A DNA stretch of 64,000 nucleotides. It comes from an uncultured Desulfatitalea sp. (GTDB lineage Bacteria > Desulfobacterota > Desulfobacteria > Desulfobacterales > Desulfosarcinaceae). The translations under genes were made by a program, and so were the position numbers. The first letter of the stretch is position 1, and the number at the start of each line of letters is the position of its first letter. Positions 8,947 to 18,284 of this stretch are shown here, piece after piece. The stretch is from positions 1,312,001 through 1,376,000 of the forward strand of contig CAXXMB010000002.1 in NCBI GenBank assembly GCA_963668675.2. Reading direction: 5' to 3'. The notes under the pieces are model-generated. The model searched no databases. It saw only the letters and a list, made by a program, of their open reading frames with translations, and was not told the DNA's origin.

Positions 8947-10449
8947 TCAGACGGAAAAATCGCCACTGACACGACCTGCATCCAGGCAGAGCGTATGGGT
9001 GATGCAGGCCGGCATCTCATCCGGTCGGTGGCTGATATAGAGAAGATTGGTCCTGCCCGTGGCAGCAATGGTCTCCACCATCTGCAACACGCGGCAGCGA
9101 TTGCCCTCATCAAGGCCGTTGCATGGTTCGTCCAGGATCAGCAGTCTCGGCATCTTCACCATGGCCCGTGCAATGAGAATCAGTCGCTGCTGGCCAAAGG
9201 AGAGCTGTGACATGGGATGGCCGGCCAGATCCTCCAGATGCAGTGTTCGCACCCACTGGCCTCCGGTCCGGCGCTGATCGTCGGTACAATATCGATAGAG
9301 TCCCACCGAATCGAAAAAACCCGAGCAGATCACATCAAAAGCCGTCAGCTTGCGTTGATAACGGGCCTGCAGCTCATCACCCACATACCCAATGTGCTGC
9401 TTGATCTCCCAGACCGATTCGCCCGATCCCCTGGGTCGGCCAAAAAGCTCAATTTTGTTAGCATAAGCCTGCAACTGGTCGCCGGTGATCAATTTCAGCA
9501 GCGTACTCTTACCGGCACCATTCGGTCCCGTGATGGCCCAGTTTTCCCCCGAACGCATGGACCAGTCGACCCGGTCCAAAGCAAACTGATCGCCAAACCG
9601 AACCGTCACCTGTTGCATCCGGATCAGGAACTCACCCCCGACCGCCTCTTTGGCGACCGATCGAACTGAAGCCGCTGGCGCACTTTCATGCGCCCTCTTT
9701 TCGGCAGCAGAAAGCGGCCACAGCGCACCGGCCTCTGCCCTTCTGCCCTGCCAGGCCACCCGCCCCCGGTCCACCTGCAGCACATGGGAGAAGAAGAGGG
9801 GAATCTCTTCTCTGCGATGAACGATCAACACCATCTGAGTCCCCAACGCAACCAGCCGCTCAAGAAGCTTCACTAACTGCCCGTGTGATCTTGTGTCCAA
9901 ACCATTGAACGGCTCATCCAGAATCAACAGGCACGGCTCGGCGGCCAAAGCACGTCCGATCAGCAGTTTGCGCATCTCTCCCGATGAAAGTGCCTGAATT
10001 GGTTTCCCATAAAGCGCCCCCAAACCAAGCGTCTCTGAAACCTGGTACCAGTAAGCGTCGTTCTGATCTTTTCCGTGACACTCAAGAATCCCCTGAAGGA
10101 CATCAGCGACAGCCGTGGTTTCGGTCAAGCGGCCGCTGAAATGGCGAAACTCATCGAATAGCTGCTCCTGCTGATAGAGACGATGATACTGCTCCGATGA
10201 AACCACGGCCACCCCGTAGCGTCCCTCACACAGTTCCGGATCCTGCTCGTAGTAACGCCGGACCCACCCCTGCACCACAGCCACCTCACCACTGAGCACC
10301 CCCGCCAACGTACTCTTACCGGCCCCGTTAGCCCCCCAGACCACCCAATTCTCTCCACGGCGGATCTGCCAACAGGTCCCTTCCAGCAACCAGCGATCAC
10401 GCAGGCGCACGGTGACATTATCAAGCGCGATGAATGGAGCAGCAGTCAT
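8947..10449 (-). CDS. ModF-like double ABC ATP-binding protein
   Basis: Two Walker A motifs (GANGAGKS, GPNGAGKS); GSGESVWEIKQHIG and LSFGQQRL typical of ModF. Confidence 0.8.
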   Translation of the reverse strand: MTAAPFIALDNVTVRLRDRWLLEGTCWQIRRGENWVVWGANGAGKSTLAGVLSGEVAVVQGWVRRYYEQDPELCEGRYGVAVVSSEQYHRLYQQEQLFDEFRHFSGRLTETTAVADVLQGILECHGKDQNDAYWYQVSETLGLGALYGKPIQALSSGEMRKLLIGRALAAEPCLLILDEPFNGLDTRSHGQLVKLLERLVALGTQMVLIVHRREEIPLFFSHVLQVDRGRVAWQGRRAEAGALWPLSAAEKRAHESAPAASVRSVAKEAVGGEFLIRMQQVTVRFGDQFALDRVDWSMRSGENWAITGPNGAGKSTLLKLITGDQLQAYANKIELFGRPRGSGESVWEIKQHIGYVGDELQARYQRKLTAFDVICSGFFDSVGLYRYCTDDQRRTGGQWVRTLHLEDLAGHPMSQLSFGQQRLILIARAMVKMPRLLILDEPCNGLDEGNRCRVLQMVETIAATGRTNLLYISHRPDEMPACITHTLCLDAGRVSGDFSV

Positions 10450-10571
10450 TTATCACCTGCAAAACGCGATTTGGTGAGCTGTAGAGAAAAAAGACAAACA
10501 TAACGGTAGCGTTTAGCGATTCTTCCGTCTTCTCCATTGCATTAAACGCGCAGTCAATCAAACCAACCCAT

Positions 10572-10772
10572 GGAGGTGTATCGGTCCGGGTACAGGAGTA
10601 CCCCATGCCTTCAGCGAATGATTTTACGGCTGCTTAGGGGCAGCGGAGGAAAACCGGTCCGCACTGTCTGAGCGTAGCGAGTTTGCGGACCGCCCGGAGG
10701 GCCTCTTAGCAGCCGTTAAATCATAGGGCGTCGCATGGGGTACTCCTGTACCCGGACCGATACACCGGTGCA
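10572..10772 (+). repeat. ~200-bp palindromic intergenic element, copy 1
   Basis: Perfect 34-bp IR 10575-10608/10733-10766 around a 124-nt core shared with the copies at 47260 and 56460. Confidence 0.95.
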
Positions 10773-10822
10773 TAACCAACCATGCCCTGTCTATACAAGA
10801 ACCGATATAATTCTTTTCTATG

Positions 10823-10852
10823 AAAAAGAAAAGGCAGCCCAAGGCCGCCTTT
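10823..10852 (-). terminator. Rho-independent terminator of leuB
   Basis: Minus strand aaaggcggccttgggctgcctttt followed by cttttt. Confidence 0.7.
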
Positions 10853-10880
10853 CCGATAAACCATAAAGTGGTATGAGCAA

Positions 10881-11963
10881 CTAAATCCGTTCAGCCACCA
10901 TATCTCCCACTTCACTGGTGCTGTATCCCATCTTGCCTGCCGACAGGCTTTTGATCTTGTTGGCCGTAATATCCTTAACGGCATCTTCAATGGCGCGGGC
11001 CGCATCAACCTCGCCGAGAGTCTCCAGCATCATCGCCCCAGAGCAGATGGCTGCCAGAGGATTGATAATATTCTTCCCGGTATACTTGGGAGCCGATCCA
11101 CCGATGGGCTCGAACATGCTCACCCCCTCGGGGTTGATATTGCCGCCGGCAGCAATCCCCATCCCTCCCTGGGTCTCAGCGCCCAGATCGGTAATGATAT
11201 CACCGAACATATTGGAGGTGACCAACACATCAAACCACTCAGGACTCTTGACCATCCACATGCAGGTGGCATCCACGTGGTAGTACTCCCGCTTGACATC
11301 CGGATAGTCACGCTCACCAATCTCATGAAACGCCCGCTCCCACAAATCGAACACATAGGTGAGCACATTGGTTTTGCCCACCAGGCCCAACGTATTGGCA
11401 TCGCCCTTGCCGCGCGCCTTTTTGCCGAACTTGCGGGCATATTCAAACGCATAGCGCAGGCAGCGCTCGACTTGAAAGCGGTTGTAAACCATGCTCTGCA
11501 CAGCCACCTCGTGGGGCGTATTCTTCATGGAGATACCGCCGATACCCGTGTAGATACCACCCGAATTTTCGCGTATCACCGCATAGTCAATCTCTTCAGG
11601 CCCTTTATCCTTCAAGGGCGTTTCGACGCCAGGATAAAGCCGCACCGGCCGCAGGTTGATATATTGATCCAGCTCGAAACGCAGCCGCAGCAAAATTCCC
11701 TTCTCCAGAATCCCCGGCTTGACATCCGGATGGCCAATCGCCCCCAGATAGATAGCGTCAAACTGCCGCAGCTCGTCAGCCGCGTTGTCCGGCAGCACCT
11801 CGCCGGTGCGAAGATAGCGGTCACCGCCATAATCGAAATCGTTCATCTCCAGCATGAATCCGAATTTGGCCGCTGCTGCATCCAATGCCTTGCGCCCTTC
11901 TGCCACCACCTCCGGTCCGGTGCCGTCGCCCGGAATCACTGCGATTTTATACGTTTTTCCCAT
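10881..11963 (-). CDS. leuB: 3-isopropylmalate dehydrogenase
   Basis: IAVIPGDGTGPEV, NMFGDIITD, SMFEPIGGSAP; start MGKTYK with upstream RBS. Confidence 0.88.
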   Translation of the reverse strand: MGKTYKIAVIPGDGTGPEVVAEGRKALDAAAAKFGFMLEMNDFDYGGDRYLRTGEVLPDNAADELRQFDAIYLGAIGHPDVKPGILEKGILLRLRFELDQYINLRPVRLYPGVETPLKDKGPEEIDYAVIRENSGGIYTGIGGISMKNTPHEVAVQSMVYNRFQVERCLRYAFEYARKFGKKARGKGDANTLGLVGKTNVLTYVFDLWERAFHEIGERDYPDVKREYYHVDATCMWMVKSPEWFDVLVTSNMFGDIITDLGAETQGGMGIAAGGNINPEGVSMFEPIGGSAPKYTGKNIINPLAAICSGAMMLETLGEVDAARAIEDAVKDITANKIKSLSAGKMGYSTSEVGDMVAERI

Positions 11964-12253
11964 CTCTATCTCCCTGTATGGATCCGTCACGCCTTGGCGT
12001 TGGTCCACGTTTTGATAAATCCTGCCTGTATATGCAATTCAAACCACTGGGTCAAGTGCTCTGGTTTGAATGGAGCAAAAAAGGACCTTCTTCGCCCATA
12101 CCTGCGGCACCGATGAGCTGCACACAACGCATCTCAAAGGCAAAAGGATATTAGCGGATATGGCAGGTTGGAATAACAATGAGACGGCTGGCAGGAGCTG
12201 TTGCCGTATAAAAAGAGAGACCCGATCGTCAAAGTGGCCCCTCTTGCCACGAT

Positions 12254-12514
12254 CTACTTTTGTTGCACTCGCTCCTGTGCCTGGCGGATGATATCCACGA
12301 GGCTTGAGACTTTGTCGGGAGGCGTCGCGCCAGCCAGGCGATCAAACTCTTCAGGGCTCAATCTCTCTCTGAAGTAGGCGGTCACATCGAAGGATTCCCA
12401 CCAGCAGTCGAATACCTTGAAGCAGGGCCGCCCGTCTTCGCCGCTACGGCAAAATCGGAACGGCACAGGACTGCCCAACCGCGGGCAGCGTCTCTCCAGT
12501 TCATCGTATGACAT
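12254..12514 (-). CDS. Small conserved-type hypothetical protein with 4 Cys (RRCPRLG..FC..PC..DCWW)
   Basis: Compact ORF directly downstream of trpB2 with a Cys pattern. Confidence 0.65.
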   Translation of the reverse strand: MSYDELERRCPRLGSPVPFRFCRSGEDGRPCFKVFDCWWESFDVTAYFRERLSPEEFDRLAGATPPDKVSSLVDIIRQAQERVQQK

Positions 12515-12535
12515 GGCGCGGCACTTTCGCTGGGA

Positions 12536-12562
12536 CGGCCGGTGCTAAGTCCGCACCGGCCG
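12536..12562. other. GC-rich hairpin downstream of trpB2
   Basis: cggccggtgc/gcaccggccg 10-bp stem; no U-tract. Confidence 0.45.
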
Positions 12563-12583
12563 CCTGTAATCCGATACTGAATG

Positions 12584-13960
12584 TTATGAGCTCTTTACAC
12601 GCTGCGGCTTGGGGAAATCGGCAAAGACCGACATCGATTTTTCCATATCGTCATCGCTGAGCACAAAGTCTTTCAATTCCCCGTGAAGGAACTTCTCGTA
12701 TCCCGTCAAATCGAGCAGACCGTGACCGCTGAAATTGAAAACGATCACCTTCTCCTTGCCCTCCTCCTTGGCCTTCTTGGCCTCGGCCACCACCTGGGCA
12801 ATGGCGCTGGTGGTTTCGGGGGCCGGCACAACCCCCTCGGTGCGGGCCCAAAGGATCCCGGCTTCGAAGGCCTCGGTCTGAGCAACAGACTTGGGTGTAA
12901 TCAATCCTTCATCGGCCAGCTGACTTACCGTCGGTGCCATACCGTGATAGCGCAAACCACCGGCGTGAATGGGGGCCGGTACGAAAGCGTGCCCGAGGCT
13001 ATGCATGGGCAACAGCGGTGTATAGCGCGCCGTATCCCCATGGTCGTAGACAAACGGCGCCCGAGTCAATGTCGGACAGGCTTTGGGCTCCACCGGATAG
13101 ATCTCGATCTGCTTGCCGTTGATCTTGTCCAACACAAACGGAAAGGCCAGGCCGGCAAAGTTGCTGCCGCCACCGGCGCAGCCGATGATGATATCCGGGT
13201 ACTCATCGATCATGGCCAGCTGTTTCTTGGTCTCCAAACCAATGATCGTCTGGTGCAGCATGACATGGTTGAGGACGCTTCCCAGGGAGTAGCGGGTCTT
13301 GCCGCTCGTGTCGCCCACCGCCTGCTCGATGGCCTCGCTGATGGCGATGCCCAGGCTGCCCGGTGTATTGGGATCTTTGGCCAGTGCCTCCTGGCCGGCT
13401 TTGGTTTCGCTGCTGGGGCTGGCGATGCACTTGCCGCCCCAGGTCTCCATCATGGCTTTGCGGTAGGGTTTCTGATCGAAACTGATCCTTACCATAAAGA
13501 CTTTGCAGGTGAGGCCAAATTGGGCACAGGCAAAAGAGAGTGCGCTGCCCCATTGGCCCGCGCCGGTCTCTGTGGTTATGCGCTCGATGCCGAACACCTT
13601 ATTATAATAAGCCTGGGGCACGGCGGTGTTGGGCTTGTGGCTGCCCGGAGGGCTGGCCCCTTCATATTTGAAATAGATGCGTGCCGGTGTCCCAAGCGCC
13701 TTTTCCAGCCGATCGGCCCGGGTGAGCGGCGCCGGACGCCAGATGGAGAGGACATCCAGTACCGGCTCGGGGATATCGATCCACCGTTCGCTGCTGACCT
13801 CCTGCTCGATGAGATTCATCGGGAATACCGGCGCCAAGGCATCCGGCTGGATCGGATTACCATCGGGCCCCAAGGGCGGATTCATTTTGATGTCGGATAA
13901 AATATTGTACCATTGGCGCGGGATTTCATCTGCGGGCAATATAACGCTTTTCGCTCTCAT
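12584..13960 (-). CDS. trpB2: TrpB2 (TrpB-like PLP-dependent enzyme)
   Basis: [46 protein letters not shown]. Confidence 0.92.
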   Translation of the reverse strand: MRAKSVILPADEIPRQWYNILSDIKMNPPLGPDGNPIQPDALAPVFPMNLIEQEVSSERWIDIPEPVLDVLSIWRPAPLTRADRLEKALGTPARIYFKYEGASPPGSHKPNTAVPQAYYNKVFGIERITTETGAGQWGSALSFACAQFGLTCKVFMVRISFDQKPYRKAMMETWGGKCIASPSSETKAGQEALAKDPNTPGSLGIAISEAIEQAVGDTSGKTRYSLGSVLNHVMLHQTIIGLETKKQLAMIDEYPDIIIGCAGGGSNFAGLAFPFVLDKINGKQIEIYPVEPKACPTLTRAPFVYDHGDTARYTPLLPMHSLGHAFVPAPIHAGGLRYHGMAPTVSQLADEGLITPKSVAQTEAFEAGILWARTEGVVPAPETTSAIAQVVAEAKKAKEEGKEKVIVFNFSGHGLLDLTGYEKFLHGELKDFVLSDDDMEKSMSVFADFPKPQRVKSS

Positions 13961-14234
13961 TCAACAGCCTCCTTCGTTGTATTTAAGGGCTTCTTGCAAG
14001 CCGGCGAACTCGATACTCAATCGGCACTAAAAAAGATGAAAAGCGGTCGGGTGTCAAGGCAATTCTGAATCAGCCCGCCCTCTCTTTTCAGATCTCCTCA
14101 TACAGGCGCTGCTTATGTTCCGTTTAGGGCAAAGCCGGGATCGCCCCTTGCGAACACCATTTATACCCCTATAATATGAAATCGAATCAAACGAAACCAA
14201 AAGAGCCTCAAAAAACAGAGGAAAGGAGGCTGAA

Positions 14235-14456
14235 ATGACATACACATGCAAACGCTGTGGTGCTGTAGCCAAGGAGCCGGGCCACCTGTGCAAACCGTGC
14301 AACGATCGACAAAAATGTAGATTTTGCGGCGCTTCAGATACCGATGCGCGCCATGTCTGCAAATCCAAGCTCTCCGCCATGAAATATGTGTGCGACGGTT
14401 GCGGCAGAATCGCCACCGATGCGGAGCTGTTGTGCAAACCCGCTCCCATCGGTTGA
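14235..14456 (+). CDS. 73-aa Cys/His-rich small protein (three CxxC...C units), putative metal-binding
   Basis: Strong RBS aaggagg; CKRCG..HLC, CRFCG..HVC, CDGCGR..LC. Confidence 0.8.
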   Translation: MTYTCKRCGAVAKEPGHLCKPCNDRQKCRFCGASDTDARHVCKSKLSAMKYVCDGCGRIATDAELLCKPAPIG

Positions 14457-14514
14457 TCCGGAAATCGCTCAAACCGGAATGGTTTCCCCCGGGCGAAGGA
14501 GACAGCAGGAACAG

Positions 14515-16293
14515 ATGACGGATAAGTCAATGCGCATGTATCCCATGCCGGAAGATCTGGCCGACCAAACCTCCGATCTTCTGTGGGACGGCTACCAGAA
14601 ATACGTCAAGGCTTTCGAGTATGTCACCAAAAGGGCCGGCGAACGATTCGAACGGCGCGACTGGCAGGGCATGCGCCAAGACACGGTGCAGCGCCTCGAT
14701 CTCTATCCCAAAGTGGTGAAGGGCACCAATCGCAAGGTTGCCGATTGCCTGGGGCTGCACGCCCAGGATCCAAACCTGTGGCGAAAAATCAAAGCCGCAT
14801 TCGTCTCGCAGGCCACGCACCGCCATGACACCGAACTGGCCTGCACCTTCTACAACTCCATCAATCGCAGAATCCTGCAGACCGTTGGTGTCGATCCCGA
14901 TCTTGAGTTTATCGCCCCCGAACCGGCTGCCGATGCGCCGGCCAATCATGCACCGCTCACCTTCTCAATGGAGGTCCCACGAGCGACAGACCACGTCATA
15001 GAGTCAGTCCTCGATCACTTCGATTTTCAAACATCCTTTGCAGACAAGGGAAATGATGCGCGTCTGTGCGCCGAACGGATCGATCTCAGGCTGAAGGCCC
15101 TCACCGGCGGTGGCATCATTCAACCACTGCACATCGACATGATCACCACACCGTTCTATAGGGAGATGGGTGCCTACCTCATCGGCCGCATTCGTTTTGG
15201 AGAAAAGCAGGTGCCGCTGGTCTTCGCTCTGGGAAACGGCGATCGAGGACTCTTTGTGGATGCTCTGCTGCTCAGACGCGACGAAATCCGCATTCTGTTC
15301 AGCTTCAGCCACACCTATTTTCATGTGCAGACCGCCTGCCCTCACGAGCTGGTCCGGTTTCTAAAAGAGCTGATGCCCACCAAACGCCTGGCAGAGCTCT
15401 ACATCGGATTGGGATACAACAAACATGGTAAAACAGAACTGTACCGCGACCTGCTCAAGCATCAAAAGGTCTGCAGCCTGGATCGCTTCGACTTTTCCGC
15501 CGGCCAACGCGGCATGGTGATGATCGCATTCAACATGCCCCAGGACGATCTGATCTACAAGCTGATCCGGGATCGCTTCGCATCCCCCAAGCACGCCACT
15601 CGTCAACAGGTGATGGAGAAGTACGATTATGTGTTCAGGCACGACCGGGCCGGCCGCTTGATCGATGTGCAGACCTTCGAGAACCTGGAAATTGAAGATT
15701 GCTGCTTTACTGCGGATCTGGTGGATGAAATCAGATCCGGCGCCACGCGCACGGCCACGGTCGAAGGGAATCGAGTGATCCTGCACCATGTCTATGTGGA
15801 GAGAAGGCTGGTACCTCTGGACCTCTATTTGAAACAAGCCGATGGCGCCGCCGCTATAGCGGCGGTCATCGACTACGGCATGGCCATCAAAGACCTTGCG
15901 TGCATCAATGTTTTTCCAGGTGATATGCTCCTGAAAAATTTCGGCGTCACCCAACTGGGCCGGGTCATCTTTTACGACTACGACGAGCTGTGCCCGCTTA
16001 CCGAATGCAATTTCCGCTGGCTGCCCCAGGCCCGTCAATACGAAGACGAACTGGCATCTGAACCATGGTATATGGTCGAAGAAAATGATGTGTTCCCTGA
16101 AGAATTTTCCCGTTTCCTGGCCATGCCACCCGATTTACGGGAGATCTTTTGCAAGCACCATGGGGATCTGCTTACTCCCGAGTTCTGGATCAGGACCCAG
16201 GAGCAGATTCGCTCGGGCGCTCTTACCCCCATCCTGCCCTACGGTCAAACGCAAAGATTGCGACCGGTGCGATCGGATAATCGCATCGGTTGA
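14515..16293 (+). CDS. aceK: Isocitrate dehydrogenase kinase/phosphatase
   Basis: GYNKHGKTE, GMVM, HDRAGR, FPGDMLLKNFGVT, FYDYDEL; start chosen after aggag (track start 14386 overlaps the upstream gene). Confidence 0.9.
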   Translation: MTDKSMRMYPMPEDLADQTSDLLWDGYQKYVKAFEYVTKRAGERFERRDWQGMRQDTVQRLDLYPKVVKGTNRKVADCLGLHAQDPNLWRKIKAAFVSQATHRHDTELACTFYNSINRRILQTVGVDPDLEFIAPEPAADAPANHAPLTFSMEVPRATDHVIESVLDHFDFQTSFADKGNDARLCAERIDLRLKALTGGGIIQPLHIDMITTPFYREMGAYLIGRIRFGEKQVPLVFALGNGDRGLFVDALLLRRDEIRILFSFSHTYFHVQTACPHELVRFLKELMPTKRLAELYIGLGYNKHGKTELYRDLLKHQKVCSLDRFDFSAGQRGMVMIAFNMPQDDLIYKLIRDRFASPKHATRQQVMEKYDYVFRHDRAGRLIDVQTFENLEIEDCCFTADLVDEIRSGATRTATVEGNRVILHHVYVERRLVPLDLYLKQADGAAAIAAVIDYGMAIKDLACINVFPGDMLLKNFGVTQLGRVIFYDYDELCPLTECNFRWLPQARQYEDELASEPWYMVEENDVFPEEFSRFLAMPPDLREIFCKHHGDLLTPEFWIRTQEQIRSGALTPILPYGQTQRLRPVRSDNRIG

Positions 16294-16511
16294 CAACGCC
16301 AAGTGATCGCTTATAATTGTTCATTCGAATACACAGGCACCGGCCAGCGCAACCGGCTGCCATCGAACGGTAGCTGCCACTGCTCCAGGTTGTCGGGCGA
16401 TCGCTAACCACCCGCCCGACATTGGCAAATGATCAATAACCATATCGCTCTACATGAGTACTCAAAGCCGCCAGGCTTTTTAAACCATTATTCTCTTTCC
16501 GGAGGCCGACC

Positions 16512-18110
16512 ATGAGCGTCAACAGAACATTTGATGATATTGCAATAACAGGTCCCATTCAGCCCCAGTTCGACGCAATCCTGACCGAAGACGCCCTGCG
16601 CTTTGTCGCCGACCTCCACCGGCGATTCAATGACCGGCGCATCGAGCTTCTGGCCAAACGCGAAGATCGGCAACGCCAGATCGACAATGGGCAGCTGCCC
16701 GACTTCCTCCCGGAGACAGAAGAGATCCGAAACGGCGACTGGAAAATAGGCGCGGTACCGGCCGACCTCCAGGACCGTCGGGTTGAAATCACCGGCCCAG
16801 TGGAGCGCAAAATGATCATCAACGCGCTCAATTCGGGTGCATCCGCCTATATGGCCGATTTCGAAGACTCCCACGCTCCCACGTGGCAAGGCACCATCGA
16901 GGGACAAATCAACTTGCGAGATGCCGTGGAGGGCACCATTTCGCTCACCAGCCCCGAAGGCAAGCGATACGCGCTCAATGAAAAAACGGCGGTACTGCTG
17001 GTGCGCCCCCGGGGTTGGCACCTGGAAGAGAAGCACGTTCAGGTGGACGGGCAGTCCGTCTCGGGTGCGATCTTCGACTTCGCCCTCTACTTCTATCACA
17101 ACGCCAAAAAGCTTCTGGCGCGCGGTACAGGGCCCTATTTCTACCTGCCCAAACTGGAGAGCCATCTCGAAGCACGGCTTTGGAACGATATTTTTGTCCA
17201 CGCCCAACAGACCCTTGGGGTCCAGCCCGGCACCATCAAGGTTACGGTACTGATAGAGACCATATTGGCCGCCTTTGAAACCGACGAAATCCTCTACGAA
17301 CTGCGTGACCATATCGTGGCACTCAATTGCGGCCGCTGGGACTATATCTTCAGCTTCATCAAGCGCTTTCGAAATGTCCCCGGATACATCTTCCCGGACC
17401 GTTCGCTGATCACCATGACCCGGCACTGCATGCGCTCTTATGCGCTGCGCGTCATCCAGACCTGTCACCGCCGCGGTGCCCATGCCATGGGCGGCATGGC
17501 AGCCCAAATTCCCATCAAAGAGGATCCGCAAGCAAACGAGATTGCGCTGGGCAAAGTGAGGGAAGACAAAATACGCGAAGCGACTGAAGGCCACGACGGC
17601 ACATGGGTGGCACATCCCGGATTGGTGGCCATTGCCATGGAAGAGTTCAACAAGGCCATGCCCGCGGCCAATCAGGTGGAACGGCTGCGTGACGATGTGA
17701 CCATCACAGCGCAGGATCTGTTGAAAGTACCCGAAGGAACAATCACTGAGGGAGGCTTGAGAAACAACATCTCCGTTGGCATCCAGTACATGGCCCACTG
17801 GCTCAACGGCAACGGTTGCGTGCCGCTGTACAATCTGATGGAGGATGCTGCCACCGCAGAGATTGCCCGCGCCCAGGTCTGGCAGTGGCTACACCATCCC
17901 GAGGGCATTCTCGAAGATGGCCGCAAGGTGAACACCGCCATGGTCGAACAGATCATGCAGGAAGAGTTGGCCAATATACGAACCGAGGTGGGAGAACGGC
18001 AATTCAAAGATATCCCCTATGAGCAGGCCCAGGGCCTTTTCGGAGAGATCATTGCAAACCCTGAATTTGAAGAGTTTCTAACCTTGAAAGCCTATGAACG
18101 CCTGGATTAG
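16512..18110 (+). CDS. aceB: Malate synthase A
   Basis: DRRVEITGP, MADFEDS, LNCGRWDYIFS, MEDAATAEI. Confidence 0.95.
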   Translation: MSVNRTFDDIAITGPIQPQFDAILTEDALRFVADLHRRFNDRRIELLAKREDRQRQIDNGQLPDFLPETEEIRNGDWKIGAVPADLQDRRVEITGPVERKMIINALNSGASAYMADFEDSHAPTWQGTIEGQINLRDAVEGTISLTSPEGKRYALNEKTAVLLVRPRGWHLEEKHVQVDGQSVSGAIFDFALYFYHNAKKLLARGTGPYFYLPKLESHLEARLWNDIFVHAQQTLGVQPGTIKVTVLIETILAAFETDEILYELRDHIVALNCGRWDYIFSFIKRFRNVPGYIFPDRSLITMTRHCMRSYALRVIQTCHRRGAHAMGGMAAQIPIKEDPQANEIALGKVREDKIREATEGHDGTWVAHPGLVAIAMEEFNKAMPAANQVERLRDDVTITAQDLLKVPEGTITEGGLRNNISVGIQYMAHWLNGNGCVPLYNLMEDAATAEIARAQVWQWLHHPEGILEDGRKVNTAMVEQIMQEELANIRTEVGERQFKDIPYEQAQGLFGEIIANPEFEEFLTLKAYERLD

Positions 18111-18284
18111 CGCCACGGCGGGCCTTGGAGGGGCAGCAAACTAACTGCCGCGCACTTAAGCCATCTCTGATCGTCTGCTGCCGTCCGTAACGAAAGAATA
18201 AAGCCGCCAAAGGGTATCTGTTCATGAGCTGCGGCGGTCACCCATATATGACAATTTACTTCCAACCCCAAAAGGAGGTCGTTT

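Noticed and set aside
10421..11008. Short ORFs overlapping the 200-bp elements (also 56594-56818)
   Set aside because: Products of palindromic repeat sequence; no RBS or protein features, and frames are not conserved between copies.
11964..12253. Leucine attenuator or riboswitch upstream of leuB
   Set aside because: No Leu-rich leader peptide or recognisable aptamer found.
14454..14480. Sec readthrough of the Cys-rich microprotein's TGA (hairpin tccgg..ccgga follows)
   Set aside because: The stop is not at a Cys-motif position, the protein ends naturally after its repeated LCKP unit, and the hairpin has no SECIS-like geometry.
18160..18240. Hammerhead-like CTGAT...GAAA between aceB and aceA, and an AAAGCCGCCA 10-mer shared with the aceB upstream region (16464)
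   Set aside because: Core reads CTGATCG rather than CTGATGA and the flanking stems are missing; the 10-mer lies at different distances from the starts and may be chance.
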